The notes below the pieces were generated by a model. That model did no database searches. It had not been told where the DNA came from and saw only the letters and a list, made by a program, of their open reading frames with translations. A program made the translations under genes and the position numbers. Shown one piece after another: positions 25,182 through 32,000 of a DNA stretch of 32,000 nt (position 1 is its first letter; every line of letters begins with the position of its first letter). The stretch spans positions 660,001-692,000 of the forward strand of contig CBDCNV010000001.1 in assembly GCA_965219535.1 (NCBI GenBank). The letters run 5' to 3'. Source of the DNA: Opitutales bacterium (GTDB taxonomy: Bacteria > Verrucomicrobiota > Verrucomicrobiia > Opitutales > PNEW01).

Positions 25182-28151
25182 ATGGGCATGTTGTTAGGAT
25201 ACAGAGCTAAAATCCGAAATAAAGAATACGGCTTTGCTCTTATAATAATTTTATCCTTAACCGCCTTATTAACTTTCCTTCTGCTTAGTATGGCTACCTT
25301 CGTTCGGGTAGATACAAGCGTTGTAGAGACGAGAAATTACCAAAAACTGGCAAGAGATAACGCGATTTATGCTTTTCGTCTGGCTTTAAGTGAAATTCAA
25401 CTATATGCCGGTCCCGACCAACGGGTTACTGCTCGCGCCGATATATTTGACGAAAATATTGCCAATCCCTTTTGGACGGGAATTTGGAATGTAGATCCCA
25501 CTTCATCAGGTTATGGTGATGTAACCTGGCTCGTATCAGGGATGAATCCCAATCCTCGCTTGGCGATGGAGGATGAAGTTATTCTATTGGGAGATGGTTC
25601 TGCATCAGAGATCATTGCCCTGCCACGTGAGCCAATCTTCATTACACCATTTGAGAGACAGGAAAAATCCAGCCTCATCAGGCAGGGGCATTATGCTTAC
25701 TGGGTGTCTGATGAAGGAATAAAAGCAAGTATCGCAAAGATCGATCACACTGATGTAAGAATTAACTATCGCAATGACATAGAGCGCGATCTCATGAGGC
25801 AATTGAGTCCTCAGAAAATAGGAGGTGAAGTGTTTTATCCCGATTTGAGTCCTTTGAGTTTGGACTATGACTCGGTTAATTCGAATCTGCATAAAATACA
25901 TTCGCGATCACAATTACCATTAATAAGCGGATTAATTGGTAATGAAAAGTCGGCGCTCAATGCTATCGCGCATCAGCATTTTCATGATCTGACAACTGTG
26001 GCATATGGCGTTATTGCCAATACTTTGAGTGGTAAGGATGCCGGTTTGAAAAAAGACCTTTCTCTCTATCCATCACTTTTAGGCCCAGGTTTCGAAGCGT
26101 ATCTGGATTATCCGTCCTACATGGCAGGGATGAATGATAAAGCAGAAACGTCGCTTCCAACTCGGCATTATAATATAACCCCTTTTGATTCCACCTTTAC
26201 TCAACCCGGTCAGATTCAGCATACCATTGCTCCGATTCTCACTGAATCTTTATTTCAAATAAATATTCGAAGTAATGAGAAATCTCCTGAAATAAGGGTG
26301 AGGTTACGCAGTCTGTTTGAACTGTGGAATCCCTACACAAGTGAAATCCTCCTTGGCTCAAGCAACGCTGGTGAACTTGAAATGGCAGTAACTGGTTTAC
26401 CAACGATCTTAGTTGTCGATTCAAATGGTGGTACGGCCAGCATTGATCTGCAGAACCTCTTGGGTGATACCTCGCAACCTGATTCACCATTTATTATCCG
26501 CCTCCCTTTCCCCGCGGAAGAACATTGGTTGCCGGGGCGTATTTTTAACTGGGCGGGGGCTCCAATCGCTAACTTTGATTCGCGGAGATGGAATCTAAAT
26601 GCAATTACGATTGGGGGGGCAAACGGTTTGGAAACGGGTAAAATGGCACTCGAGCCAATTCGGAGCAAAACCAGTAATGATACGCGATTTGAAATTACAA
26701 GCGCTGAACTGACTTCTCTCAATCTGAAATTATATCTTGCTGTGTTTGGTAAGGAGAAGGCATTGCTCGCAGATTATCGCGATGTCCAATTTTCCGAAAT
26801 TGACGTTGCCCCCTACAAACACTGGCAGAAGACAATGAATTTTGGTTTCCATTTCCGCTTGAAAGAACCTATCGACAGCCATGCGCACCCTGAACATCGC
26901 AGGGGGCAATGGCTCGTCGATCATGATCCCCAATTAAATGCATCAGCCTTTACCAGTGTGCAAGGTGTTCTACCTGCCGAACCAGAGCTATTCGGTGGCG
27001 CTAATGTTAAAACTTCAGCTCCCTCACATATTTTTGACCGTCGATCTGGTAATAATTTTCGACATCCTTATGAGGATATCCCCATTTTTGAGTTACCACG
27101 ATTAGATGCTTATTCCCTGGGATCATTGCAGCACCTATTCATTGTTGGAGAAAGACCTTTCTCCATTGGGAATCGTTGGAGTTCCGAATCGTGGCGAAGT
27201 ATTTTTGACCGCTATTTTCTCTCTGCTCTTCCTCGCCATGGCGATCCTGCGGACTTTGACCCTAGGCTTCCATTGCCTAATCCCTGGCTTGTTTTACATC
27301 ACTCTCTTCCCACAGTCTCATTGGGAATGGAGGATATTCTCACTTCAGGAAATGAGTCCGCCCGTCACTTTTTCATACAGGGTGCTTTCAACATAAACTC
27401 CACTTCTGTCTCTGCGTGGGAAGCAGTTCTTAGTTCTTTAAAAATTAAAGATTGGAGATATCTTGATGTTGATAATAAAAAAGGTACTCCGCAAACGGTC
27501 TCTACCGTTGATTTAATGACTTCGTTTGCACGCTTCTCGCAAAGTGCTCAAGAGACTTTTGAAGCGCCGGACGTCAAGCAGGATCCTTATGATCCGGGCC
27601 CAACTGTATTTCCGACAAAATTGTACCGTCGAGGATTGAGAACCCTTAGTAAAGATGAAATCGACATTATGGCACAGGGGATAGTAGACCGGCTACGAAT
27701 AAATGCTGCCGATGGTATTCCTTTTCGATCACTGGGTGAATTTATTGGACCCTTGAGTGGAGAAGATCCTGAATCGATGAGTGTAGTTGAGGCTGCGATC
27801 GCTGATATTGATAATATAAATTTATGGCAGGCGGATGGAGAGGTTGTTGAAATCGATAAATTTTCATCCTATGATTTGACATCAGCAGATATCCTTACCG
27901 CTATCGCTCCTTTTATTTCCGTCCGTTCCGATACGTTTCTCGTTAGGGCTTACGGTGATGTCATCAATCCCCTCGTTCGTGATGACAAGGGTCTACCAGT
28001 GACTGAGGGACGAGCCTGGTGTGAAGCAATAGTTCAGCGTCTGCCTGAGTTGCTAAATACTGACGATAATATCTTCTCTCCTTCTCCCTACGGTTTTGGG
28101 CGTCGCTTTTACATCTTATCATTCAGATGGTTAGACACATTAGATATCTGA
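25182..28151 (+). CDS. Giant (989 aa) pseudopilin-like envelope protein with GspK/PilX-type N-terminal anchor and C-terminal block. It is reminiscent of the TIGRFAMs Verru_Chthon cassette protein A class.
   Basis: The N-terminus is basic, then Gly-Phe, then a 22-residue hydrophobic helix (RNKEYGFALIIILSLTALLTFLLLSMATF) with no Glu at +5, as in GspK-type minor pseudopilins. Next come RNYQKLARDNAIYAFRLALSEI and HYAYWVSDEGIKASI. The C-terminus is ISVRSDTFLVRAYGDV...GRAWCEAIVQRLPE. Together these are the bracketing motifs I associate with GspK-like and Verrucomicrobial large pseudopilin-like proteins. The family call is from memory and has not been searched. Confidence 0.55.
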   Translation: MGMLLGYRAKIRNKEYGFALIIILSLTALLTFLLLSMATFVRVDTSVVETRNYQKLARDNAIYAFRLALSEIQLYAGPDQRVTARADIFDENIANPFWTGIWNVDPTSSGYGDVTWLVSGMNPNPRLAMEDEVILLGDGSASEIIALPREPIFITPFERQEKSSLIRQGHYAYWVSDEGIKASIAKIDHTDVRINYRNDIERDLMRQLSPQKIGGEVFYPDLSPLSLDYDSVNSNLHKIHSRSQLPLISGLIGNEKSALNAIAHQHFHDLTTVAYGVIANTLSGKDAGLKKDLSLYPSLLGPGFEAYLDYPSYMAGMNDKAETSLPTRHYNITPFDSTFTQPGQIQHTIAPILTESLFQINIRSNEKSPEIRVRLRSLFELWNPYTSEILLGSSNAGELEMAVTGLPTILVVDSNGGTASIDLQNLLGDTSQPDSPFIIRLPFPAEEHWLPGRIFNWAGAPIANFDSRRWNLNAITIGGANGLETGKMALEPIRSKTSNDTRFEITSAELTSLNLKLYLAVFGKEKALLADYRDVQFSEIDVAPYKHWQKTMNFGFHFRLKEPIDSHAHPEHRRGQWLVDHDPQLNASAFTSVQGVLPAEPELFGGANVKTSAPSHIFDRRSGNNFRHPYEDIPIFELPRLDAYSLGSLQHLFIVGERPFSIGNRWSSESWRSIFDRYFLSALPRHGDPADFDPRLPLPNPWLVLHHSLPTVSLGMEDILTSGNESARHFFIQGAFNINSTSVSAWEAVLSSLKIKDWRYLDVDNKKGTPQTVSTVDLMTSFARFSQSAQETFEAPDVKQDPYDPGPTVFPTKLYRRGLRTLSKDEIDIMAQGIVDRLRINAADGIPFRSLGEFIGPLSGEDPESMSVVEAAIADIDNINLWQADGEVVEIDKFSSYDLTSADILTAIAPFISVRSDTFLVRAYGDVINPLVRDDKGLPVTEGRAWCEAIVQRLPELLNTDDNIFSPSPYGFGRRFYILSFRWLDTLDI

Positions 28152-28891
28152 TTCTTCTCTATTCATCACTTGTTTTATTTTTCTATGCCTCAGGACAAGA
28201 CGATGGGCCAATCACCCATAATTACACCTTTAGCGTGTATGCGTTCAAAAAGATTCAAGGTCTCTATTACGATACTTATTCTGTAGATTCATTAAGTCAG
28301 CGTGAGTGTTTGAAAACGGTTTCGATCCCCTTGCGTTTCTACACCGTTTCACGATCACCTTCCTACCACTATAGAGGTCCCAATCCGATTGTTTTTTATC
28401 GCTGGGAAACTGATCTCTCAGATTCAACAAATAAAATGAAAATCCCGGTAGGTTCTGTATCTCTATCTTATGTGAATCGAAATCTACTCTTCATCTTTCT
28501 CCCAGGCGTTGATTCACAAATTGAAAATCCTAAATTCAATATACAAACCTTTAATGACAGCTCTTCCCATCTGCCGATGAATAAGTTGATTGTTTACAAT
28601 CTTTCAGGGCGACTGTTGGAAGGAAATATTGGAGGGGAAAGCGTCAGCATTGGCACTGGTCCTACCGCTCCATTTTCAACACGTAATTCATTACCTGTCA
28701 CCCTATGGTATAAAATCAATGGAAATGTGGTACCAGGTTTTAACCTTTCTTTAACTCTAAAGCGCAATCACCGTTACCTGATTTTTTTCTTTCCTCCGGC
28801 TATTAAGGGGGCAATAGAGTTACAATACCGGATTTTGGATGAGGAAGTTGAAGTCCCTCGCGAATTAATATTTCAAGAATTAGAGGGTTAA
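28127..28891 (+). CDS. Secreted beta-rich hypothetical protein (254 aa), with its start inside the last 25 nt of the giant gene
   Basis: The signal peptide is MVRHIRYLILLYSSLVLFFYASGQ. The rest is rich in short alternating hydrophobic strands (YTFSVYAF, IPLRFYTV, IVFYRW, VSLSYV, LLFIFLPG, LIVYNL, VTLWYKI, YLIFFFP). I recognised no family. There is no alternative in-frame Met near the 5' end, so the 25-nt overlap with 25182..28151 appears real. Confidence 0.6.
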   Translation: MVRHIRYLILLYSSLVLFFYASGQDDGPITHNYTFSVYAFKKIQGLYYDTYSVDSLSQRECLKTVSIPLRFYTVSRSPSYHYRGPNPIVFYRWETDLSDSTNKMKIPVGSVSLSYVNRNLLFIFLPGVDSQIENPKFNIQTFNDSSSHLPMNKLIVYNLSGRLLEGNIGGESVSIGTGPTAPFSTRNSLPVTLWYKINGNVVPGFNLSLTLKRNHRYLIFFFPPAIKGAIELQYRILDEEVEVPRELIFQELEG

Positions 28892-28940
28892 TGAAATATG
28901 TCGGTTAGGAGTTGGGAGCGATCACCACACAATCATGGAT

Positions 28941-30830
28941 CTAGAATTGGTAGCCGAGATAGTTCCAGTGATTAAGCCCCCAGAGAAAAATTAAAATTCC
29001 AGTTAATAAAACAAAAACAAAGATTTTTTCGCATTTTTGAAAAACAGAACTCTTCCAGTTGATAGCAGTGTGATATATCAGTCCAACACTAGCGGCCATT
29101 GCAAAGAATGGAACGCTAAGCAGACCATAAAGTGCTATTGGCATTTCCTCGACCATCTTATATGAGCCGAGAGAAGTTAGAATAAAAATACCGATAAAAA
29201 AAACTAAGGGGGCGATAGCGACGAGAGATGCATATTTCCTTATGCTTCTTAGTGTGAGTAGTGATTCATTTTCATTATTTTTTTTCCGCGTTTTTATAAA
29301 TATTATTATACAAATCAGCGTTGAAAGCGTGAATGTGACGACTATGCCAGCGATTAATCCGCGGTGAAACCAAGCTGTTTTAAACCACTTGATTTTATTA
29401 TATACTTCTACACCTCCAAGATAGAGATGTGCGAATGCATTTTCATCATTACGTACAAACGCAACGATTTTATTATCAGTTGTCCGTGCAAAGAGATCCG
29501 CACCTATTGGTTGACTGAGAACACCGTCGATTAATAACACTTTGTTGTCGGTCGCCGTAACTCGAATTTCCTTACCCTGTATCCCTACTAAAGCACAGGC
29601 TTTTCCGGGAGAGGTTCGCGGATACCAATTATGACGGTATGTTCCCGTGTAGGATAAAGCATTGAATGCAGAGTGTGTTTCATTTGAAGTATCGGTCGCT
29701 GCTGTCTGCGCAGGGAAAAAACGTTGAAGAAAAGCACTTAGAAATGCGTTTAAAAATTTAGGGTCCGCATTGTAATTGAGAAAAATACCTAAACGGTGCT
29801 CAGGCATAATAATTAAAGCGCTTCTATGTCCCGGCATATGGCCCGTATGCCAGAGTAGATGTTGCTCGTTCTCTTCATATGCCCAGAAACCATAGGCGAT
29901 ACCGGGAAGTTTTGGGTTGAGTGTGTGGTGTTCTTCATGGACCAACTTTAATGACTCTGCATGCTGATATAATTTTGGCTCACTACCGTTTGTCTCGCTT
30001 GTCTCATAATCCAAATGAGCATTCATAAATAAGGCCATGTCCTGTGCTGTCGTAATGAGTGAGGAAGCGGGATAGGGTTTCCAATGGCCGCGCGGTAATT
30101 CGCGGTAATTCCGCATAAAATAGTTATAACCCAATGCCACTTCTGCATCCCAATCTTTAGGAGGGATGAAGCTCGTCTGTGACATGCCTAAAGGGCTGAA
30201 TATATTATTGTGAGCATATTCAGCAAAGGGTTGACCGCTGACTTCTTCGATAACATAACCGGCCAGGGAGATTCCGTAATTAGAATAATTGATTACTTCT
30301 CCCGGATTAGCGAGTGGCGGTGGCATCTCTTCGCGAAGAAATTGCCCGAGTGGAAGTAAATCCTTCGAATCTTTTACCGTCTGGCCAAAAAATCTTTCAC
30401 CTACTCCACCCGTATGGGTAAGTAATTGATGGAGAGTTATGGGTGCATTGTATTCTTCGAGTATATCAGGTTCGATATAATCGGTAATATCAGTTTCCAT
30501 ATCCAGTTGATTGCGGTCATAGAGTTGAATCACCGCGGTTGCGGTTATCAGTTTGGAAATTGATCCCACACGAATGCGTGTCTTCACTGGATCCATCAGC
30601 CGTTTCTTATTTAAGTCGGCGTAACCATAACCCTTTAAGATATGAATTGAGCCGTCCTTAACCACCGCAACAACAGCGCCCGGGACGTGTTCTTTTTCCA
30701 TCATCTCAACTAGCCACTCATCGAAAAAAGCTTCAACCTTACTTTTGTCATCAACATCACCTGCAACCAATTTGAGGGTAGCTATAAGCAGTTGAAGTAT
30801 TAGAAGCGTATTTAAATAAATCTGTTTCAT
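28941..30830 (-). CDS. Beta-lactamase-fold serine hydrolase (class C / PBP4*-like family) with signal peptide and a C-terminal four-TM membrane domain. The start is revised to the ATG at 30830.
   Basis: The motifs are S-x-x-K (VGSISKLITATAV), Y-S-N (VINYSNYGISLAGYVIE) and H-T-G (LLWHTGHMPGH). Four C-terminal hydrophobic helices are present (GLIAGIVVTFTLSTLICIIIFI, LVAIAPLVFFIGIFILTSL, IALYGLLSVPFFAMAASVGLIY, IFVFVLLTGILIFLWGL). The track ORF begins at a GTG at 30953 that directly abuts the upstream terminator hairpin. Met42 (MKQIYLNTLLILQLLIATLKLVAG) gives a proper signal peptide. Confidence 0.75.
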   Translation of the reverse strand: MKQIYLNTLLILQLLIATLKLVAGDVDDKSKVEAFFDEWLVEMMEKEHVPGAVVAVVKDGSIHILKGYGYADLNKKRLMDPVKTRIRVGSISKLITATAVIQLYDRNQLDMETDITDYIEPDILEEYNAPITLHQLLTHTGGVGERFFGQTVKDSKDLLPLGQFLREEMPPPLANPGEVINYSNYGISLAGYVIEEVSGQPFAEYAHNNIFSPLGMSQTSFIPPKDWDAEVALGYNYFMRNYRELPRGHWKPYPASSLITTAQDMALFMNAHLDYETSETNGSEPKLYQHAESLKLVHEEHHTLNPKLPGIAYGFWAYEENEQHLLWHTGHMPGHRSALIIMPEHRLGIFLNYNADPKFLNAFLSAFLQRFFPAQTAATDTSNETHSAFNALSYTGTYRHNWYPRTSPGKACALVGIQGKEIRVTATDNKVLLIDGVLSQPIGADLFARTTDNKIVAFVRNDENAFAHLYLGGVEVYNKIKWFKTAWFHRGLIAGIVVTFTLSTLICIIIFIKTRKKNNENESLLTLRSIRKYASLVAIAPLVFFIGIFILTSLGSYKMVEEMPIALYGLLSVPFFAMAASVGLIYHTAINWKSSVFQKCEKIFVFVLLTGILIFLWGLNHWNYLGYQF

Positions 30831-30953
30831 ATTGATGATATGCTTAGATTTATTGAAAACCTGAAAATACAAACAAATAAATTGGATTTTACTTATATAA
30901 TTACAGTCTCTACGCCGAAAATATATCTTCAGTTGGAGCCTTAATTTCCCCAC

Positions 30954-30984
30954 AAAAAAGCCTCCGATAATACGGAGGCTTTTT
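30954..30984. terminator. Symmetrical rho-independent terminator downstream of the acetolactate synthase gene
   Basis: The sequence is AAAAAA (30954-30959), gcctccg (30960-30966), ataata loop, cggaggc (30973-30979), TTTTT (30980-30984). It lies 19 nt after the ilvB-like stop on the minus strand. U-tracts are available in both orientations. Confidence 0.7.
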
Positions 30985-31002
30985 AAAAATGAAACTATTG
31001 GA

Positions 31003-32000
31003 TCAATCTGGATTAAGAAGAATCTCTTTAGCTGATTTCCCCTGTTGAATCATCGGAAGTACATGTTCCGCGTAAGGCACGATAACATCAAGGAGATATG
31101 CACCCTTATATTCGAGCATTTCCCTTATCGCGTCACGAAGCTCTTCTTTTTTGATGACGAGGCGTGCTTTAACTCCGAATCCTTCTGCTATTTTTACAAA
31201 ATTGGGATAGAGGCCGCTTACATTTTCAGGGCTTCCAATATTAGTTGGATCACCGAGTATAGTTTGTGCGCGGACACTTTCATAAAGTAAATCCTCCCAT
31301 TGGACAACCATGCCAAGATGCTGATTGTTTATAAGTAAAACTTTCATTGGGATTTTCTCTACTACCGCGGTGGCGAGTTCCTGAATATTCATTAAAAAAG
31401 ATCCATCCCCATCAACATCGATAACCTCCCGGTCGGGACACGCGACCTTGGCCCCTATTGCAGCGGGTAAACCGAATCCCATTGTTCCGAGCCCAAGTGA
31501 ACTGAGAAAACTTCGCGATTGATGGAATTGATAGAATTGGGCAGCCCACATTTGATGTTGGCCGACCCCGGTCGTTAATATAGCTTCGCCCTTTGTCTCT
31601 TCATAGAGCACTTTAATCGCCTCCTGCGCCAGGATATGTTTGCTCTTTTCATATTTAAATGGGTGTTTCTTTTGCCACTTTGCGAGAGTCGAGTACCATT
31701 TGCTCAGGTCCGGTTTTTTAAATTTATTTTCACTGGCAAGTTCTGTCAGCCGCTTGAAAGCATATTTAATATCCGAATGGATCGGGTATTTCACCCGTTT
31801 GTTTTTGTTGTGCTCGCTGCGATCGACGTCGATATGTACGACCGTGGCATCCGGTGCAAATTTGCTGACCGGGGCACCGGTTATGCGGTCGTCAAATCGA
31901 GCGCCCGCCACAATGAGCAAGTCGCTTTCGCAGACTGCCCAGTTCCCTGCCACGGTGCCATGCATCCCGAACCAGCGCAATGACTGTGGGTGTGATTCAG
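31003..32000 (-). CDS. ilvB: Acetolactate synthase (acetohydroxyacid synthase) large subunit, C-terminal about 330 aa. The gene continues beyond the right edge.
   Basis: The frame stays open upstream of the track start, which is an internal TTG: ...[41 protein letters not shown]. The ThDP-binding region reads [54 protein letters not shown] and [14 protein letters not shown]. These are typical AHAS catalytic-subunit blocks. Confidence 0.9.
   Translation of the reverse strand, partial: ESHPQSLRWFGMHGTVAGNWAVCESDLLIVAGARFDDRITGAPVSKFAPDATVVHIDVDRSEHNKNKRVKYPIHSDIKYAFKRLTELASENKFKKPDLSKWYSTLAKWQKKHPFKYEKSKHILAQEAIKVLYEETKGEAILTTGVGQHQMWAAQFYQFHQSRSFLSSLGLGTMGFGLPAAIGAKVACPDREVIDVDGDGSFLMNIQELATAVVEKIPMKVLLINNQHLGMVVQWEDLLYESVRAQTILGDPTNIGSPENVSGLYPNFVKIAEGFGVKARLVIKKEELRDAIREMLEYKGAYLLDVIVPYAEHVLPMIQQGKSAKEILLNPD

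Noticed and set aside
26333-26722. 129-aa minus-strand ORF (and 26239..26490, 25605..25901, 26730..26933) inside the giant gene
   Set aside because: These are antisense shadow ORFs within a long, uninterrupted sense ORF. They have no motifs, no plausible start context and an Arg/Ser/Pro-biased composition typical of off-frame translation.
30831-30953. 41-codon N-terminal extension of the beta-lactamase-fold ORF (MGKLRLQLKIYFRRRDCNYISKIQFICLYFQVFNKSKHIIN)
   Set aside because: It begins at a GTG directly abutting the terminator hairpin of the upstream gene. It is Lys/Ile/Phe-rich AT-driven sequence. It is followed by an ATG that yields a canonical signal peptide, so it is most likely 5' UTR or promoter.
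31636-31983. 115-aa plus-strand ORF at the right edge
   Set aside because: It is antisense to the strongly recognisable acetolactate synthase large-subunit frame.
1-32000. Mobile elements, prophage or genomic-island boundaries, and tRNA/rRNA genes
   Set aside because: No transposase, integrase or phage-like ORFs appear in either the track or my reading. No terminal inverted repeats or long direct repeats flank any segment. No cloverleaf-compatible sequences appear in the intergenic regions. Composition looks broadly uniform by eye, but it was not computed.

Overview
This is a densely coded chromosomal window from a Gram-negative bacterium. The gene content suggests the PVC group or Verrucomicrobiota, but that is an impression, not a test. 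I support 27 protein-coding genes. I found no rRNA, tRNA, CRISPR array, transposase or integrase. Most of the window is housekeeping. From left to right it holds bcp (partial, found by hand), a stand-alone cNMP-binding protein, a compact uvrC, cinA, smc, and a minus-strand trio of membrane protein, rbsK and a Tat-secreted DUF839/PhoX-like protein. Next come msrPQ and rpe, then a minus-strand run rpmF-plsX-fabH-(BamD-like)-(LptE-like). rpmF is missing from the ORF track and was found by hand. After that come an overlapping NYN/YacP-like and DUF2851 pair, glnA, a beta-lactamase-fold membrane-anchored hydrolase, and a partial acetolactate synthase large subunit. The best candidate for something undescribed is the same-strand envelope cluster at 22092-28891. 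It contains a Wzy_C (O-antigen-ligase-like) membrane protein fused to TPR repeats and a FecR-like secreted protein with an (S)SGDDDD tail. It also contains a 989-aa protein with a GspK/PilX-type pseudopilin N-terminus and C-terminus, and an overlapping secreted beta-rich orphan. No T2SS or T4P assembly genes lie nearby. The second most interesting item is the BamD-like protein. It carries a roughly 240-aa acidic C-terminal extension built from two 83-aa tandem repeats and six copies of a short basic-hydrophobic motif. All functional calls come from motif recognition by eye; no database search was run.
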